Below are positions 63,499 to 64,000 of a stretch of 64,000 nt of DNA, in pieces. A program made the position numbers and the translations under genes. Every line of letters begins with the position of its first letter. The first letter of the stretch is position 1. The notes under the pieces are model-generated. The model had not been told where the DNA came from, did not search any database, and was given only the letters and a program-made list of their open reading frames with translations. Source of the stretch: Azolla caroliniana (lineage: Eukaryota; Plantae; Polypodiophyta). The stretch is from contig JBHGNT010000006.1 of assembly GCA_043228905.1 (NCBI GenBank), positions 20,212,001-20,276,000 on the forward strand. Direction: 5' to 3'.

Positions 63499-63836
63499 TC
63501 GGGCCTTTCGCTTCAGATCGTTTGCGTGAGTCGGGTGGGAACCGCTGGGGTTTTGGACTAAGAGAAAGAAGAATATGAGATAAGGTTAGTTATGAATAGA
63601 TTGCAAGATGAAGATATGAAACTCGTGAATCTCACGAGTATAGTGTATTAATTGATACTTAGATTGTAAGAGAGAAATAGATGGCAAAATCGTGAATCCC
63701 ACGAATATTTTATATTAATCAACCCTTATAAAAAATCAACCACCACTATACATCTTTCTCTCTTCCTTATATAGTGATGGAAGAGTCTAAGTTTATCACA
63801 TGCAAGCATCATGCTTTTTTTGACTTTAGTTTTCAT
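63499..63836 (+). repeat. Second copy of a 338-bp direct duplication (first copy 57736-58073) abutting the copia termini
   Basis: TCGGGCCTTTCG...TTAGTTTTCAT occurs in both places; one mismatch (57752 G vs 63515 A). Confidence 0.97.
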
Positions 63837-64000
63837 GCACACTACATGTGCATGATTAGCTTTCTATCACATCTTTTCTTTTAACTCGAGTGTGTATGCA
63901 TGAATAACTTTTTCTATCATGCTTATCTAGAATATTTACTTGGGATAAAGTTTACTATAACTTTATAACTCATAATATGCTAGTATAGTGGTAAGGTTTA

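Overview
Intron-rich land-plant nuclear DNA; repeat content and gene style suggest a non-seed plant such as a fern (inference). Five host genes can be built from splice signals: a 17-exon TBC1D15/Gyp7-type RabGAP (+, 3706-15544) with a decayed Ty1/copia element in intron 5; a 7-exon chimeric gene (+, 19824-27256) whose first three exons copy the ankyrin exons of the neighbouring ILK gene and whose remainder resembles the uncharacterised At2g39950-type family; LEA14 (+, 30547-31863); an ILK-like ankyrin kinase with degenerate catalytic motifs HRE/DFH (-, 34260-38216); and a plastid-type LCM-family SAM methyltransferase (-, 45934-48684) that needs a GA-AG intron. The last 15 kb is a transposon nest. 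A Ulp1-carrying MULE holds a young tRNA-Trp-primed gypsy element with a 4-bp TSD and an in-frame loss of RT-RNaseH-integrase. It also holds an LTR-like segment into which a very young copia element inserted, flanked by a 338-bp direct duplication instead of a 5-bp TSD. Also present: a decayed 18S rDNA fragment, a hAT-type MITE, orphan tandem copies of the MULE end, and many microsatellites. Family names rest on motif recall, not database searches.
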